The notes under the pieces were generated by a model. That model had not been told where the DNA came from and ran no database searches. It saw nothing but the letters and a program-made list of their open reading frames with translations. A stretch of 64,000 bases of DNA from an uncultured Solirubrobacteraceae bacterium (lineage in GTDB: Bacteria; Actinomycetota; Thermoleophilia; Solirubrobacterales; Solirubrobacteraceae): assembly GCA_963702975.1 (NCBI GenBank), contig OY969775.1, forward strand, positions 102,851-166,850. Direction: 5' to 3'. The translations under genes were made by a program, and so were the position numbers. Below are positions 9,103 to 17,047 of this stretch, piece by piece. Positions within the stretch are counted from its first letter, which is position 1; each line of letters begins with the position of its first letter.

Positions 9103-9417
9103 ATGCCTGCAAAGGGTCTGCGCCCGCGGCTCGCGCTGCGGCTGGCCGCGATCGTGCTCCTCGCCGTCGCCGTCGCAGCCATTGCCGGCACGGGCGCGGC
9201 CCTCGTCCTTGCCCCGGTCGCGCTGCTGGCGCTGCCGCTGCTGTTCGGGCGCTATCCGGGCGAGCGCGTCATCCACCGCATGGCGGGCCGCGTAGCGCGC
9301 GAGCGGGCGTCCGTCTCCGTCGTCCTGCCCCGCGCCCCGCGCCTGCTCGGCGCGCGCGTAGCCGCGCTTGCGCTGCCCGGCTGCGGCCGCGCGCCTCCGG
9401 CCGCGATCGCGATCTGA
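9103..9417 (+). CDS. Small membrane protein ending in RAPP; candidate ribosome-arrest leader peptide
   Basis: Two N-terminal hydrophobic segments, LPLLFGRYPGER core, C-terminal CGRAPPAAIAI* (RAPP codons 9388-9399). Confidence 0.6.
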   Translation: MPAKGLRPRLALRLAAIVLLAVAVAAIAGTGAALVLAPVALLALPLLFGRYPGERVIHRMAGRVARERASVSVVLPRAPRLLGARVAALALPGCGRAPPAAIAI

Positions 9418-9423
9418 CGGCCT

Positions 9424-9444
9424 CGGTCGGCGCGCCGCCGACCG
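9424..9444 (+). promoter_or_regulatory. GC-rich hairpin just after the leader ORF stop
   Basis: CGGTCGGC-gcgcc-GCCGACCG, 8-bp stem, no U-tract. Confidence 0.5.
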
Positions 9445-9562
9445 CATGACTGGAGGACTCACACGCCGGGCGATGCCCGGGCGATTCCTCGTTCCTGGCC
9501 GCGGATCCCGACCGCCGCAAACGCGGCGCTGAACTGGGCTCGCGCTGCGCGCGGGCACTCAG

Positions 9563-9590
9563 CGTGTTCGCGGAGCGCTCCGCGAACACG
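9563..9590. promoter_or_regulatory. Perfect 28-bp palindrome upstream of the RBS of 9614
   Basis: CGTGTTCGCGGAGC|GCTCCGCGAACACG; AAGGAG at 9598-9603. Confidence 0.7.
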
Positions 9591-9613
9591 AACGGCCAAG
9601 GAGAAACATCACG

Positions 9614-10321
9614 ATGATTGCAACAGATACCACGATGGCGCACATGGGCTCCGCCGCCGCGTCGCACATGAGCGGGATGCACGCGATGGCGATGGGCGGG
9701 GTGTCGATGAGCGTCGGCTCCCACACCACCAACATCCTCCCGAGCTGGCTCGCAGTGCTGTGGATGCTCACGTTCTTCGCGATCGTCGTCATCCACGCCA
9801 GGCACGTGCTCGAAAGCCACGGCCAGCGGCGCGTATGGCACTCCGGCCACGTGTTCATGGCGCTCGGCATGGCGGTGATGTACGCGCCGGCGTCCGTCGA
9901 CTACTTCAACATCCCGACGGGGTTCTGGTCGCTGGCGTTCGCCAACGGCGCGATCGCGATCGTGCTGTGGGTGCTCGCACAGGCGTTCGCCGGACGCGGG
10001 ACCAACGTGCTGTGGCTGGTGATGGCGTTCGACCTCGGCGCGATGGCCTACATGTGGTCGCCGACCGGCTTCCAGGCGCCGCTGACGTGGCTGCTGGTCG
10101 CCTACTTCGCCGCGCAGGCGCTGCTGTGGGGCACCGATCGGATGCGCGACATCGACGAGCGCACGATCCTCGGTGGAGCCATGTCGGTCACCCCCGACGG
10201 CGCGCTGGCGGCGAGCGTCGCCGAGCCGCTCATCTGCTTCAAGGACCTGCGCGTGTCGATGGCCGCGATGAGCATCGGCATGGCCTACATGTTCGCCGCG
10301 ATGCAGCTGGTGATGTCATGA
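9614..10321 (+). CDS. DUF5134-like membrane protein with Met/His-rich N-terminus
   Basis: WHSGHVFMALGMAVMY and FDLGAMAYMW motifs; N-terminus MAHMG...SHMSGMHAMAMG; strong SD. Confidence 0.6.
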   Translation: MIATDTTMAHMGSAAASHMSGMHAMAMGGVSMSVGSHTTNILPSWLAVLWMLTFFAIVVIHARHVLESHGQRRVWHSGHVFMALGMAVMYAPASVDYFNIPTGFWSLAFANGAIAIVLWVLAQAFAGRGTNVLWLVMAFDLGAMAYMWSPTGFQAPLTWLLVAYFAAQALLWGTDRMRDIDERTILGGAMSVTPDGALAASVAEPLICFKDLRVSMAAMSIGMAYMFAAMQLVMS

Positions 10322-11325
10322 GCGCCGCGGCTGCAGCTGCAGCTGCACGCCCGGGCGGGCGGCCGCTCGTCACCGCGCGCGGCATCCAGATCGCGCTCGG
10401 CGTCGTCTGGCTGCTCGACGGGCTGTTCCAGTTCAAGAGCTTCATGTTCACGCACGGCATCGTCACCGAAGTGTTCGAACCGGCGATGCACGGCCAGCCC
10501 GCGTTCATCGGCGAGCCGATGCGCACGCTCGACGACTTCTACGGGCGCGACCTCACGCTCTGGAACACGCTCTCCGGCGAGATCCAGGTCGCGATCGGCC
10601 TTGCGCTGATCTGCAGCAGGCGGCTGGTCAAGCCGGCGCTCGCGGTGTCGTTCGCGTGGGCGATCTACGTGTGGTGGTTCGGCGAGGGCTTCGGCGGCCT
10701 GACCTCCAACACGCTGCCCGCGCCGCTGATGGGCGCGCCCGGCGCGGTGATCCTGTACGCGATCATCGGCCTGCTCGTGTGGCCGACCGACAGACGGGAG
10801 GGCCGCTCCCCTGCGGCGCTCGGCCCGCTCGGCGACCGCGGCGGGCTGTATCTCTGGTCCGGCCTGTGGGTGATCTCCGCCGGCCTGTGGCTCGCGAACG
10901 TCAACCGCGCGAAGGAAGCGACCCACGGGATGATCACCGAAATGGCCGAAGCGTCGCCGCATTGGCTGGCCAGGATCCAGGACTCGCTGGCCAAGCACAC
11001 CGTCGGCCACGGCAGCACGATCGCGATCGTGCTCGCGATCGTCTCGCTCGCCGTCGCCTTCGCGGTGTGGACGCCGCTGCGCTGGCCCGCGCTGGTGGTC
11101 GGGATCGTGCTCTCGCTCGCCTACTGGCTGTACGGGCAGGACCTCGGCGGCCCGTTCTGGAGCGAAGGCGCGACCGACTTCAACGCCGGGCCGCTGTTCG
11201 TGCTGCTCGCCGTCGCGCTGCTGCCGGTCGCGCAGCTTGTCACCTCCAGCCAGCGCGCGCCCGAGCAGGCACCGGCGCCCGACCGGGCCGCGAAGGCGGG
11301 GACGCCGGAGGTGGGCGTGGCCTGA
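10318..11325 (+). CDS. Multi-pass membrane hypothetical protein
   Basis: ATGA overlap with the upstream stop; GIQIALGVVWLLDGLFQF, WWFGEGFGG, TDFNAGPL; 335 aa. Confidence 0.75.
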   Translation: MSAAAAAAAARPGGRPLVTARGIQIALGVVWLLDGLFQFKSFMFTHGIVTEVFEPAMHGQPAFIGEPMRTLDDFYGRDLTLWNTLSGEIQVAIGLALICSRRLVKPALAVSFAWAIYVWWFGEGFGGLTSNTLPAPLMGAPGAVILYAIIGLLVWPTDRREGRSPAALGPLGDRGGLYLWSGLWVISAGLWLANVNRAKEATHGMITEMAEASPHWLARIQDSLAKHTVGHGSTIAIVLAIVSLAVAFAVWTPLRWPALVVGIVLSLAYWLYGQDLGGPFWSEGATDFNAGPLFVLLAVALLPVAQLVTSSQRAPEQAPAPDRAAKAGTPEVGVA

Positions 11326-11385
11326 GCCTCCACGCTGGCGCGGGCAGGCACGCCGGCGCAGGCAGACATCCGCGATGGTCGGCCC

Positions 11386-11778
11386 CTACGCCAGGTGCGC
11401 CTCGATGTACTGCTGTGCCACGCGCTTGGGCGCGCGGCACAGCCACGCTTCGACGATCAGCTCCTCGAGCTCCTGCACGCCGATCCGCTCCAGGAGCGCG
11501 AGCACCGCCGGGTAGCCGTCGAAGTGCGGCGTCGTGAAGTACACCTCGGGGTCGTCGGCCAGCAGCGCCTCCTTGGCGCCGAGGTGCTCGACGCGCGCGC
11601 CGAGGATCGGACCGTCGGGCGCGGCCCCGCCGAGGGCGCTGATTTCCGAGGCGCGCAGCGGGCGCTCCCACACGAACAGCTTCTCCCGCACCCGCCACGC
11701 GGCGAGGCCGCGTTTGGACTGCTCGCTCGACTCCGGCAGCGAGAGCGCGATCCGGCGTACGTCATCCCAGCTGGCCAC
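11386..11778 (-). CDS. MmcQ/YjbR family protein
   Basis: WDDVRRIALSLPE...WRVREKLF...YFTTPHFDGYPAVL..L.ELEELIVEAW. Confidence 0.85.
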   Translation of the reverse strand: MASWDDVRRIALSLPESSEQSKRGLAAWRVREKLFVWERPLRASEISALGGAAPDGPILGARVEHLGAKEALLADDPEVYFTTPHFDGYPAVLALLERIGVQELEELIVEAWLCRAPKRVAQQYIEAHLA

Positions 11779-11903
11779 GACCTCGAGCCTACCTCGCCGC
11801 TGCCGCGCGAGCCGCCGCGCGCCCCGCGGGCCACCTCGCCGCCCTCGTGCGAGAGCGCATCGCCACCTCGCCCCCGCCCTCGCCCCGCGCCCCGCCCCCG
11901 TGC

Positions 11904-12425
11904 TCAGCTGCGTTCGACCGCGGCGAGCGCGGCGCTCAGCGAGCGTTCGGTCTGCGCGCCGCGCAGCACCTGGCGGATGCGCCCGTGCGTGTCGATGACG
12001 AACGTCGTCGGCAGGTTGATCAGCCGGTAGGCGTAGCCGACGAGGCCTTCGCCGTCGCGCAGCGTGGGGAAGGTCCAGCGGTAGCGCCCGACGAACGCGC
12101 GGGCGCTACCGGTCTGCGGGTCGCTCCAGTCGACGCCCACGATCCTGCCGCGCCCGACTGCGCTCTGCGCGAAGCGCGCGAGCGCGGGCGCCTCCTGCGC
12201 GCACGCGTCGCACCAGCTCGCCCAGAACACGACCAGCGCCGGCCGTCCGTGGGCGCCGGCGAGCAGCCGCGAGAGCGTGATCGGCTGCCCGACGAGCGCT
12301 TCGCGCGGGAGCGCCGGCGCGGGGCGCCCGGTGAGCGGGTGCGAGCGCAAGCCGAACACCGCGGCGGCGGCGATCGCCGCCGCGAGCACGAGCGTCCCGC
12401 CGAGCACTCGCATCCGCCGCGTCAC
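11904..12425 (-). CDS. TlpA family thiol-disulfide oxidoreductase
   Basis: VVFWASWCDACAQE, YRLINLPTTFVID; N-terminal TM. Confidence 0.88.
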   Translation of the reverse strand: MTRRMRVLGGTLVLAAAIAAAAVFGLRSHPLTGRPAPALPREALVGQPITLSRLLAGAHGRPALVVFWASWCDACAQEAPALARFAQSAVGRGRIVGVDWSDPQTGSARAFVGRYRWTFPTLRDGEGLVGYAYRLINLPTTFVIDTHGRIRQVLRGAQTERSLSAALAAVERS

Positions 12426-12437
12426 GTCCGTCCCGGC

Positions 12438-13088
12438 TCAGAGAGCGGCCAGCAGCGGCACGTCGTGGACGATTTCCGAGGGATGGAAGCTCGACGCGTA
12501 CAGCGTCAGCCGCTTGCCCGACGCCGTGATCCCGTAGACGATCCCCGTGTGGTTGATGAACTGCGGCTGTTCGGCGTCCCGTTCGGAGCCGACGCCCCAC
12601 GCCTTCCACACGCGCGCCAGTTCCCTGGCGGAGCCGATCAGGTATTGCATCCTGCCGGTCATGCCGTGGCGCGCGAGGAACGCCGCGACCGCCTTCGGCG
12701 TGTCCCCGCGCGGGTCTACCGACACGGCGATCACCGCCACCTTGGCTGCCTCCCTGGGGCCCATCTCATTGAGCGCCACGCGCAGGTCGGAGGTGATCAG
12801 CGGGCAGACGTCCGGGCAGTTGGTGTACAGGAACGTCACCAGCACCGCCTTGCCCCTGTAGGAGTCGATGTTCACCGGCTGACCGAGGTAGTTGCGCAGC
12901 GCGATCGGCGGCGCGGGCTTGGCCGGTTCGAGCACCGCCGCCGCGTCGAAGTGATGCGCAAGCGCCTGCTCGCGCTTGGCGTGTTCGCCCGACTGCCCGC
13001 CGATCGCCACCACCGCCACCCCGCCGGCGACGAGCACGAGCACGAGCAGCGACAGGAACACCCGGAAGTCGAGTCCGTTCTTTCGCAT
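12438..13088 (-). CDS. SCO1/SenC copper chaperone
   Basis: FLYTNCPDVCPLI (CxxxC), ISVDPRGD, FINHT; N-terminal TM. Confidence 0.92.
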   Translation of the reverse strand: MRKNGLDFRVFLSLLVLVLVAGGVAVVAIGGQSGEHAKREQALAHHFDAAAVLEPAKPAPPIALRNYLGQPVNIDSYRGKAVLVTFLYTNCPDVCPLITSDLRVALNEMGPREAAKVAVIAVSVDPRGDTPKAVAAFLARHGMTGRMQYLIGSARELARVWKAWGVGSERDAEQPQFINHTGIVYGITASGKRLTLYASSFHPSEIVHDVPLLAAL

Positions 13089-13212
13089 CGCAGTGCGAAC
13101 TTACCAGCGCCGGCGCCCCCGCGCGACAGCCCCGTCGCCGCCGGCGTCGGCAACAAAGCTTGCAGTCCTGCCGCTGGAATGCATCTTGCAGCGAGATCTG
13201 TTAGGTTGCCGC

Positions 13213-13352
13213 CCGTTCGTGCCGAGTCCTCGCCCCCCAGGGGGTCGAGGAGCGGGGGACCCAATGCAGTCGTGAGACTGCTGGGGCGAATCGCCACCGA
13301 GTGTGGCGTAGCGTAGACGTTTACGCGAGCCCGTCAGCTAACCCCGTAGGCG
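13213..13352 (+). ncRNA. Cyclic di-AMP (ydaO/yuaA) riboswitch
   Basis: GCCGAGTCCT...AGGAGCGGGGGACCCA...GGGGCGAATC...GCCCGTCAGCTAACCCCGTAGGC; upstream of a cell-wall hydrolase, the usual actinobacterial context. Confidence 0.92.
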
Positions 13353-13384
13353 CCATGCAAAGGAATGGAGAAAGGACGCCTCGG

Positions 13385-15207
13385 ATGCCGGGATCCACGC
13401 GTGATCTTGCTGTTGTCGACCACTGGAGCGCATCGCTCGAGCGCTCGCGCGAACGCCGTGCTCGCGCCCAGCGCGGGCGCATTCGCCGCGGCGCCCACGC
13501 GAGCGGCTCGCTGTCCGCGCTGCTGGCGCACCCCAGCGCGATCGCCCAGCCGCGCGATCTCGCCGACGAGCAGCCGTGGCAGCTCTCGCTCGGGCGCTCG
13601 CGCGCACGCAGGCGCGCCGCCGAGCTGCGCTTCGTCCCGAGCGGCTCCCGCGCCAAGCGCGTGTCGCTCGGCGCGCTCGTGGCGCTGACGGTCGGCCCCA
13701 CCGCGAGCCTCGCCAGCGGCCAGTCGGCGGCCGGCTCGGCGGCCAACCCGGAACCGGCGACCACCACCGAACACGTGATCACGCTCAGCTCCGGCAGCGA
13801 AGGCCGCCAGGTGCAGCTGCTGCAGCAGGCGCTCGGCGGCGTCAAGGTCGACGGCGTCTTCGGCCCGGAAACGGAAGCCGCGGTCCGCAGCTTCCAGGAA
13901 CGCAGCGGCCTCGCCGTCGACGGCGTCGTCGGTGCGCAGACGAGCTCCGCGCTGCACACGCAGAGTGCCGGCAAGGCGTTCATCGCGGACGTCAGCAGCG
14001 CGCTCCCCGGGACCGCGTCGCTGCCCGCACCGTCCACGTCCGAAGCTTCAACGTCAGAAGCTTCAACGTCAGAAGCGTCCACGTCGACTTCGACGACGAG
14101 CGGCGACACGGCCGCGGGCGCAGAAGCCGCCACGGGCGGCGAAGGCGCCGCGCACCTCGCGAGCGACACCACCGGCGGCTCGCAGGCGACGCCGGAACTC
14201 GAACCGGCGGAAGCGGAAGCTGAAGCCAAGAGCGTGGAAGCCGAAAAGCAGGCCGAAGAACAGCGCACGCAGGAAACGGAAGCGGGCGCGGTCAAGCAGC
14301 TGCAGAGCGCGCTGCGCGTCAGCGCCGACGGCGACTTCGGCCCCGCAACCGAGGCCGCGGTGCGCCGCCTGCAGGCCCGCCACGGCCTCACGGTCGACGG
14401 CATCGTCGGCCCTGCGACGTGGAACGTGATCGGCGTCCACGGCCAGCAGACGCTGACCCCCCCGCCTCCGCGCTGCCCAAGCCGGCCGCGCCGCGACACG
14501 CGGCGGCGATCGCCGCGACGAGCGACGTCGGGCTCACCGCGGGCAGCGGCGGCACGCAGGAAGCCGGCCAGGAAACCGCCACGGGCGCGACCGCGGTCGA
14601 GTGGCTGCAGAAGGCGCTGAAGCTCCCCGTCGACGGCGAATTCGGCCCCGAAACCGAGGCGGCGGTCCGCCGCCTGCAGGCCCGCCACGGCCTCGCGGTC
14701 GACGGCGTCGTCGGCCCCTCGACGTGGGCCGTGATCGGCGTGCAGGACGCGGCCACGCTCACGCCTCCCCCCTCCGCGCTCGCCGCGCCGAGCTCGCCGG
14801 GCGGCGCCGCCGGCACGGACGCCACCGGCGCGGGCGGCGGCGGCGAAGCCGAAAGCATCGTCGCGCGGGTGATCGCCGCAGCGGATGAAATCGCGACGCG
14901 CCCGTACGTGTGGGGCGGCGGGCACGGCTCGTTCGAGTCCGAAGGCTACGACTGCTCGGGCTCGGTCTCCTACGCGCTGCACGGCGGCGGGCTGCTCAGC
15001 TCGCCCGAGGACTCGACGGGCCTCGAGTCATACGGCGAACCCGGGCCCGGCAGGTACATCACGATCTACGCCAACGCCGAACACGCGTGGATGACCATCG
15101 ACGGCAAACGCTTCGACACCGTCGCCCTCGCCGAAGACGGCTCCCGCTGGGGCGGGTCCGGCGACGACGGCGGCGGCTTCGTCGAACGGCACCCGGCCGG
15201 GCTGTAG
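13385..15207 (+). pseudogene. Peptidoglycan-binding (3 domains) + NlpC/P60-like hydrolase, split by a 1-nt frameshift near 14457-14467
   Basis: Three V.LQ.AL...DG.FGP.TEAAVR..Q...GL.VDG.VG..T units; C-terminal PYVWGGGHG..YDCSGSVSYAL...H; frame changes at CTGACCCCCCCGCCTCC (frame 13301 continues in frame 14419). Confidence 0.85.
14033..14086 (+). repeat. Coding 15-nt tandem repeat (STSEA x3) in a linker
   Basis: TCCACGTCCGAAGCT TCAACGTCAGAAGCT TCAACGTCAGAAGCG TCCACGTCG. Confidence 0.8.
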
Positions 15208-15209
15208 TT

Positions 15210-15328
15210 CGGGGGCGCGCATGCGCGCCCCCGCGTAGGGCCGCATGCGGCCCTACGGTCACGCCGCATGCGGCGTGCCCCCGGTGGGCGCATGCGCCCA
15301 CCGGCTCCCCCGCACATGTGCGGGGGAG
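15210..15328. repeat. Array of five tandem ~24-bp palindromes centred on RCATGY
   Basis: CGGGGGCGCGCA|TGCGCGCCCCCG, CGTAGGGCCGCA|TGCGGCCCTACG, gtCACGCCGCA|TGCGGCGTGcc, CCGGTGGGCGCA|TGCGCCCACCGG, CTCCCCCGCACA|TGTGCGGGGGAG; centre spacings 24, 23, 24, 24. Confidence 0.95.
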
Positions 15329-15411
15329 AACGTCGCCCGAGCGTCCCGTCCCAAGCAGGACCTAGCTTCTTCTGCCGCTTGCAGGAAACGGCTACGAGAG
15401 GAGGCTGCGCG

Positions 15412-16983
15412 ATGCTGGCGCGGGCGCACACGTTCACGATCGACGGCCTGCGGACGCGACACGTCACCGTCGAGGTCGACGTGCGCCGCGGGCTGCCCGC
15501 GTTTGCGATCGTCGGGCTCGCCGACACGGCCGTGCGCGAGGCGCGCGAGCGCATCACTGCGGCGATCCTCAACTCCGGCTATGAGTTCCCCGCGCGGCGT
15601 ATCACCGCCAACCTCGCGCCGGGGGACGTGCGCAAGGCCGGTCCCGGCCTTGACCTCGCAATTGCATGCGCGGTGCTCGCCGCCAGCGGGCAGCTTCCCG
15701 GCGACGAGCTCGACCGTATAGCGCTGTTCGGCGAGCTCGCGCTCGACGGCGCCGTGCGCCCAGCGTGGGGCGCGCTCGCCGTCGCGCACGCCGCACAGCG
15801 GGCGGGCATGCGCGCGCTCGCGCTCGCGGGCGCCAATGCCGGCGAGGCGCGCCTGATCGAGGAGCTGCAGGTGACCGTCGTCGAGCACCTGCGAAGCGCC
15901 GTGCGGGTCCTGAGCGGTGGCGCCGGCGACGCGCTTCCCGAGCATGCCGGCGCTGGCGCGCGATCGCGGGCCGACCGGCTCGACGGCGGGACGGACAGCG
16001 ACGGTGACGCGCCGGGCCTCGCGGGGCCGGACCTGAACGAGGTGCGCGGCCAGCACCACGCGGTCCGGGCGCTCGTGATCGCCGCCGCGGGCGCGCACAA
16101 CATGCTGCTGAGCGGCCCGCCGGGGACCGGCAAGACGATGCTCGCGCAGCGGATCGCCTCGATCCTGCCGCCGCTCAACAGGGCGGAGGCAGTCGAGGTG
16201 ACGCGCATCCACAGCCTCACCGGCGCGCGCGTGGACGCGCTCGCTGTGGAGCGGCCATTTCGCGCGCCCCACCACTCGATCACCGCCGCCGGCCTCGTCG
16301 GCGGGGCCAGCCGCGGCGCGCTCGGCGAGGTCGTGCTCGCCCACCACGGCGTGCTGTTCTTGGACGAGCTGTCGGAGTTCTCGCGCGCGACGCTGCAGGC
16401 GCTGCGCCAGCCGCTCGAGGACGGGCGGGTCGCGATCTCGCGGGCGCGCCACTCGGCCGTGTACCCCGCGCGCTTCATGCTGATCGCCGCCACCAACCCG
16501 TGCCCGTGCGGCTACGCGGGCGAGGGCGAGACCTGCGGCTGCAACGAAGCGGACATGGCCCGCCACCGCCGGCGCCTCAGCGGCCCGCTGCTCGACCGCA
16601 TCGACCTGCTCAGCACGCTGCAGCGCGACCTCACACACGATCTGCGCGCGCCAGCGCTGACGAGCTCCGCGCAGGCGCGCGAGCAGGTCGCGTGCGCACG
16701 CGCGCGCCAGGCGGCGCGCCTGGCGGGCGAGGGCGTGGCGGTCAACGCGCACATGGACGGGCGCATGCTGCGCCGGCACGTGCGCCTCGACGCCAGGGGA
16801 CAGGAGCTGCTGCGCGCGGCGCGCCAGCGAGGGCTGCTGAGCGCCCGCGGCGAGCATCGCGTGCTGCGCGTCGCGCGCACCATCGCCGACCTCGACGCGA
16901 GCGATCGCGTGCGCGCGGCGGACCTCGGTGCCGCGCTCGCGCTGCGCCCCGAGCCGGGCCTCGCGGGCAACCGGGCGGCGTGA
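15412..16983 (+). CDS. comM: YifB/ComM Mg-chelatase-like AAA+ ATPase
   Basis: VEVDVRRGLPAFAIVGL, ITANLAP.D..K.G..LDL, GPPGTGKT, LFLDELSEF, AATNPCPCG, SGPLLDRID; GAGGAGG SD. Confidence 0.95.
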   Translation: MLARAHTFTIDGLRTRHVTVEVDVRRGLPAFAIVGLADTAVREARERITAAILNSGYEFPARRITANLAPGDVRKAGPGLDLAIACAVLAASGQLPGDELDRIALFGELALDGAVRPAWGALAVAHAAQRAGMRALALAGANAGEARLIEELQVTVVEHLRSAVRVLSGGAGDALPEHAGAGARSRADRLDGGTDSDGDAPGLAGPDLNEVRGQHHAVRALVIAAAGAHNMLLSGPPGTGKTMLAQRIASILPPLNRAEAVEVTRIHSLTGARVDALAVERPFRAPHHSITAAGLVGGASRGALGEVVLAHHGVLFLDELSEFSRATLQALRQPLEDGRVAISRARHSAVYPARFMLIAATNPCPCGYAGEGETCGCNEADMARHRRRLSGPLLDRIDLLSTLQRDLTHDLRAPALTSSAQAREQVACARARQAARLAGEGVAVNAHMDGRMLRRHVRLDARGQELLRAARQRGLLSARGEHRVLRVARTIADLDASDRVRAADLGAALALRPEPGLAGNRAA

Positions 16984-17047
16984 GCGTGAGCGTGAGCGGC
17001 CTGGGCGGCTTGAACGCGGGCGAGCGCACGACATGCGAGAGCGCGAC

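Noticed and set aside
11789-11900. Three imperfect C(C/T)ACCTCGCC repeats between the MmcQ and TlpA genes
   Set aside because: Short, irregularly spaced and in extremely GC-rich low-complexity sequence; consistent with chance.
14033-14086. STSEA repeat as a regulatory or mobile repeat
   Set aside because: In-frame linker expansion; ordinary.
15210-15328. Palindrome array read as a CRISPR array
   Set aside because: There is no constant direct repeat separated by unique spacers (each whole unit is self-complementary), and no cas genes are in the window.
3154-15328. Direct link between the R-M system and the RCATGY array centres
   Set aside because: RCATGY is a known type II target (NspI), but this MTase's specificity cannot be read from sequence and CATG is common throughout the window. 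Only a methylome could support the link.
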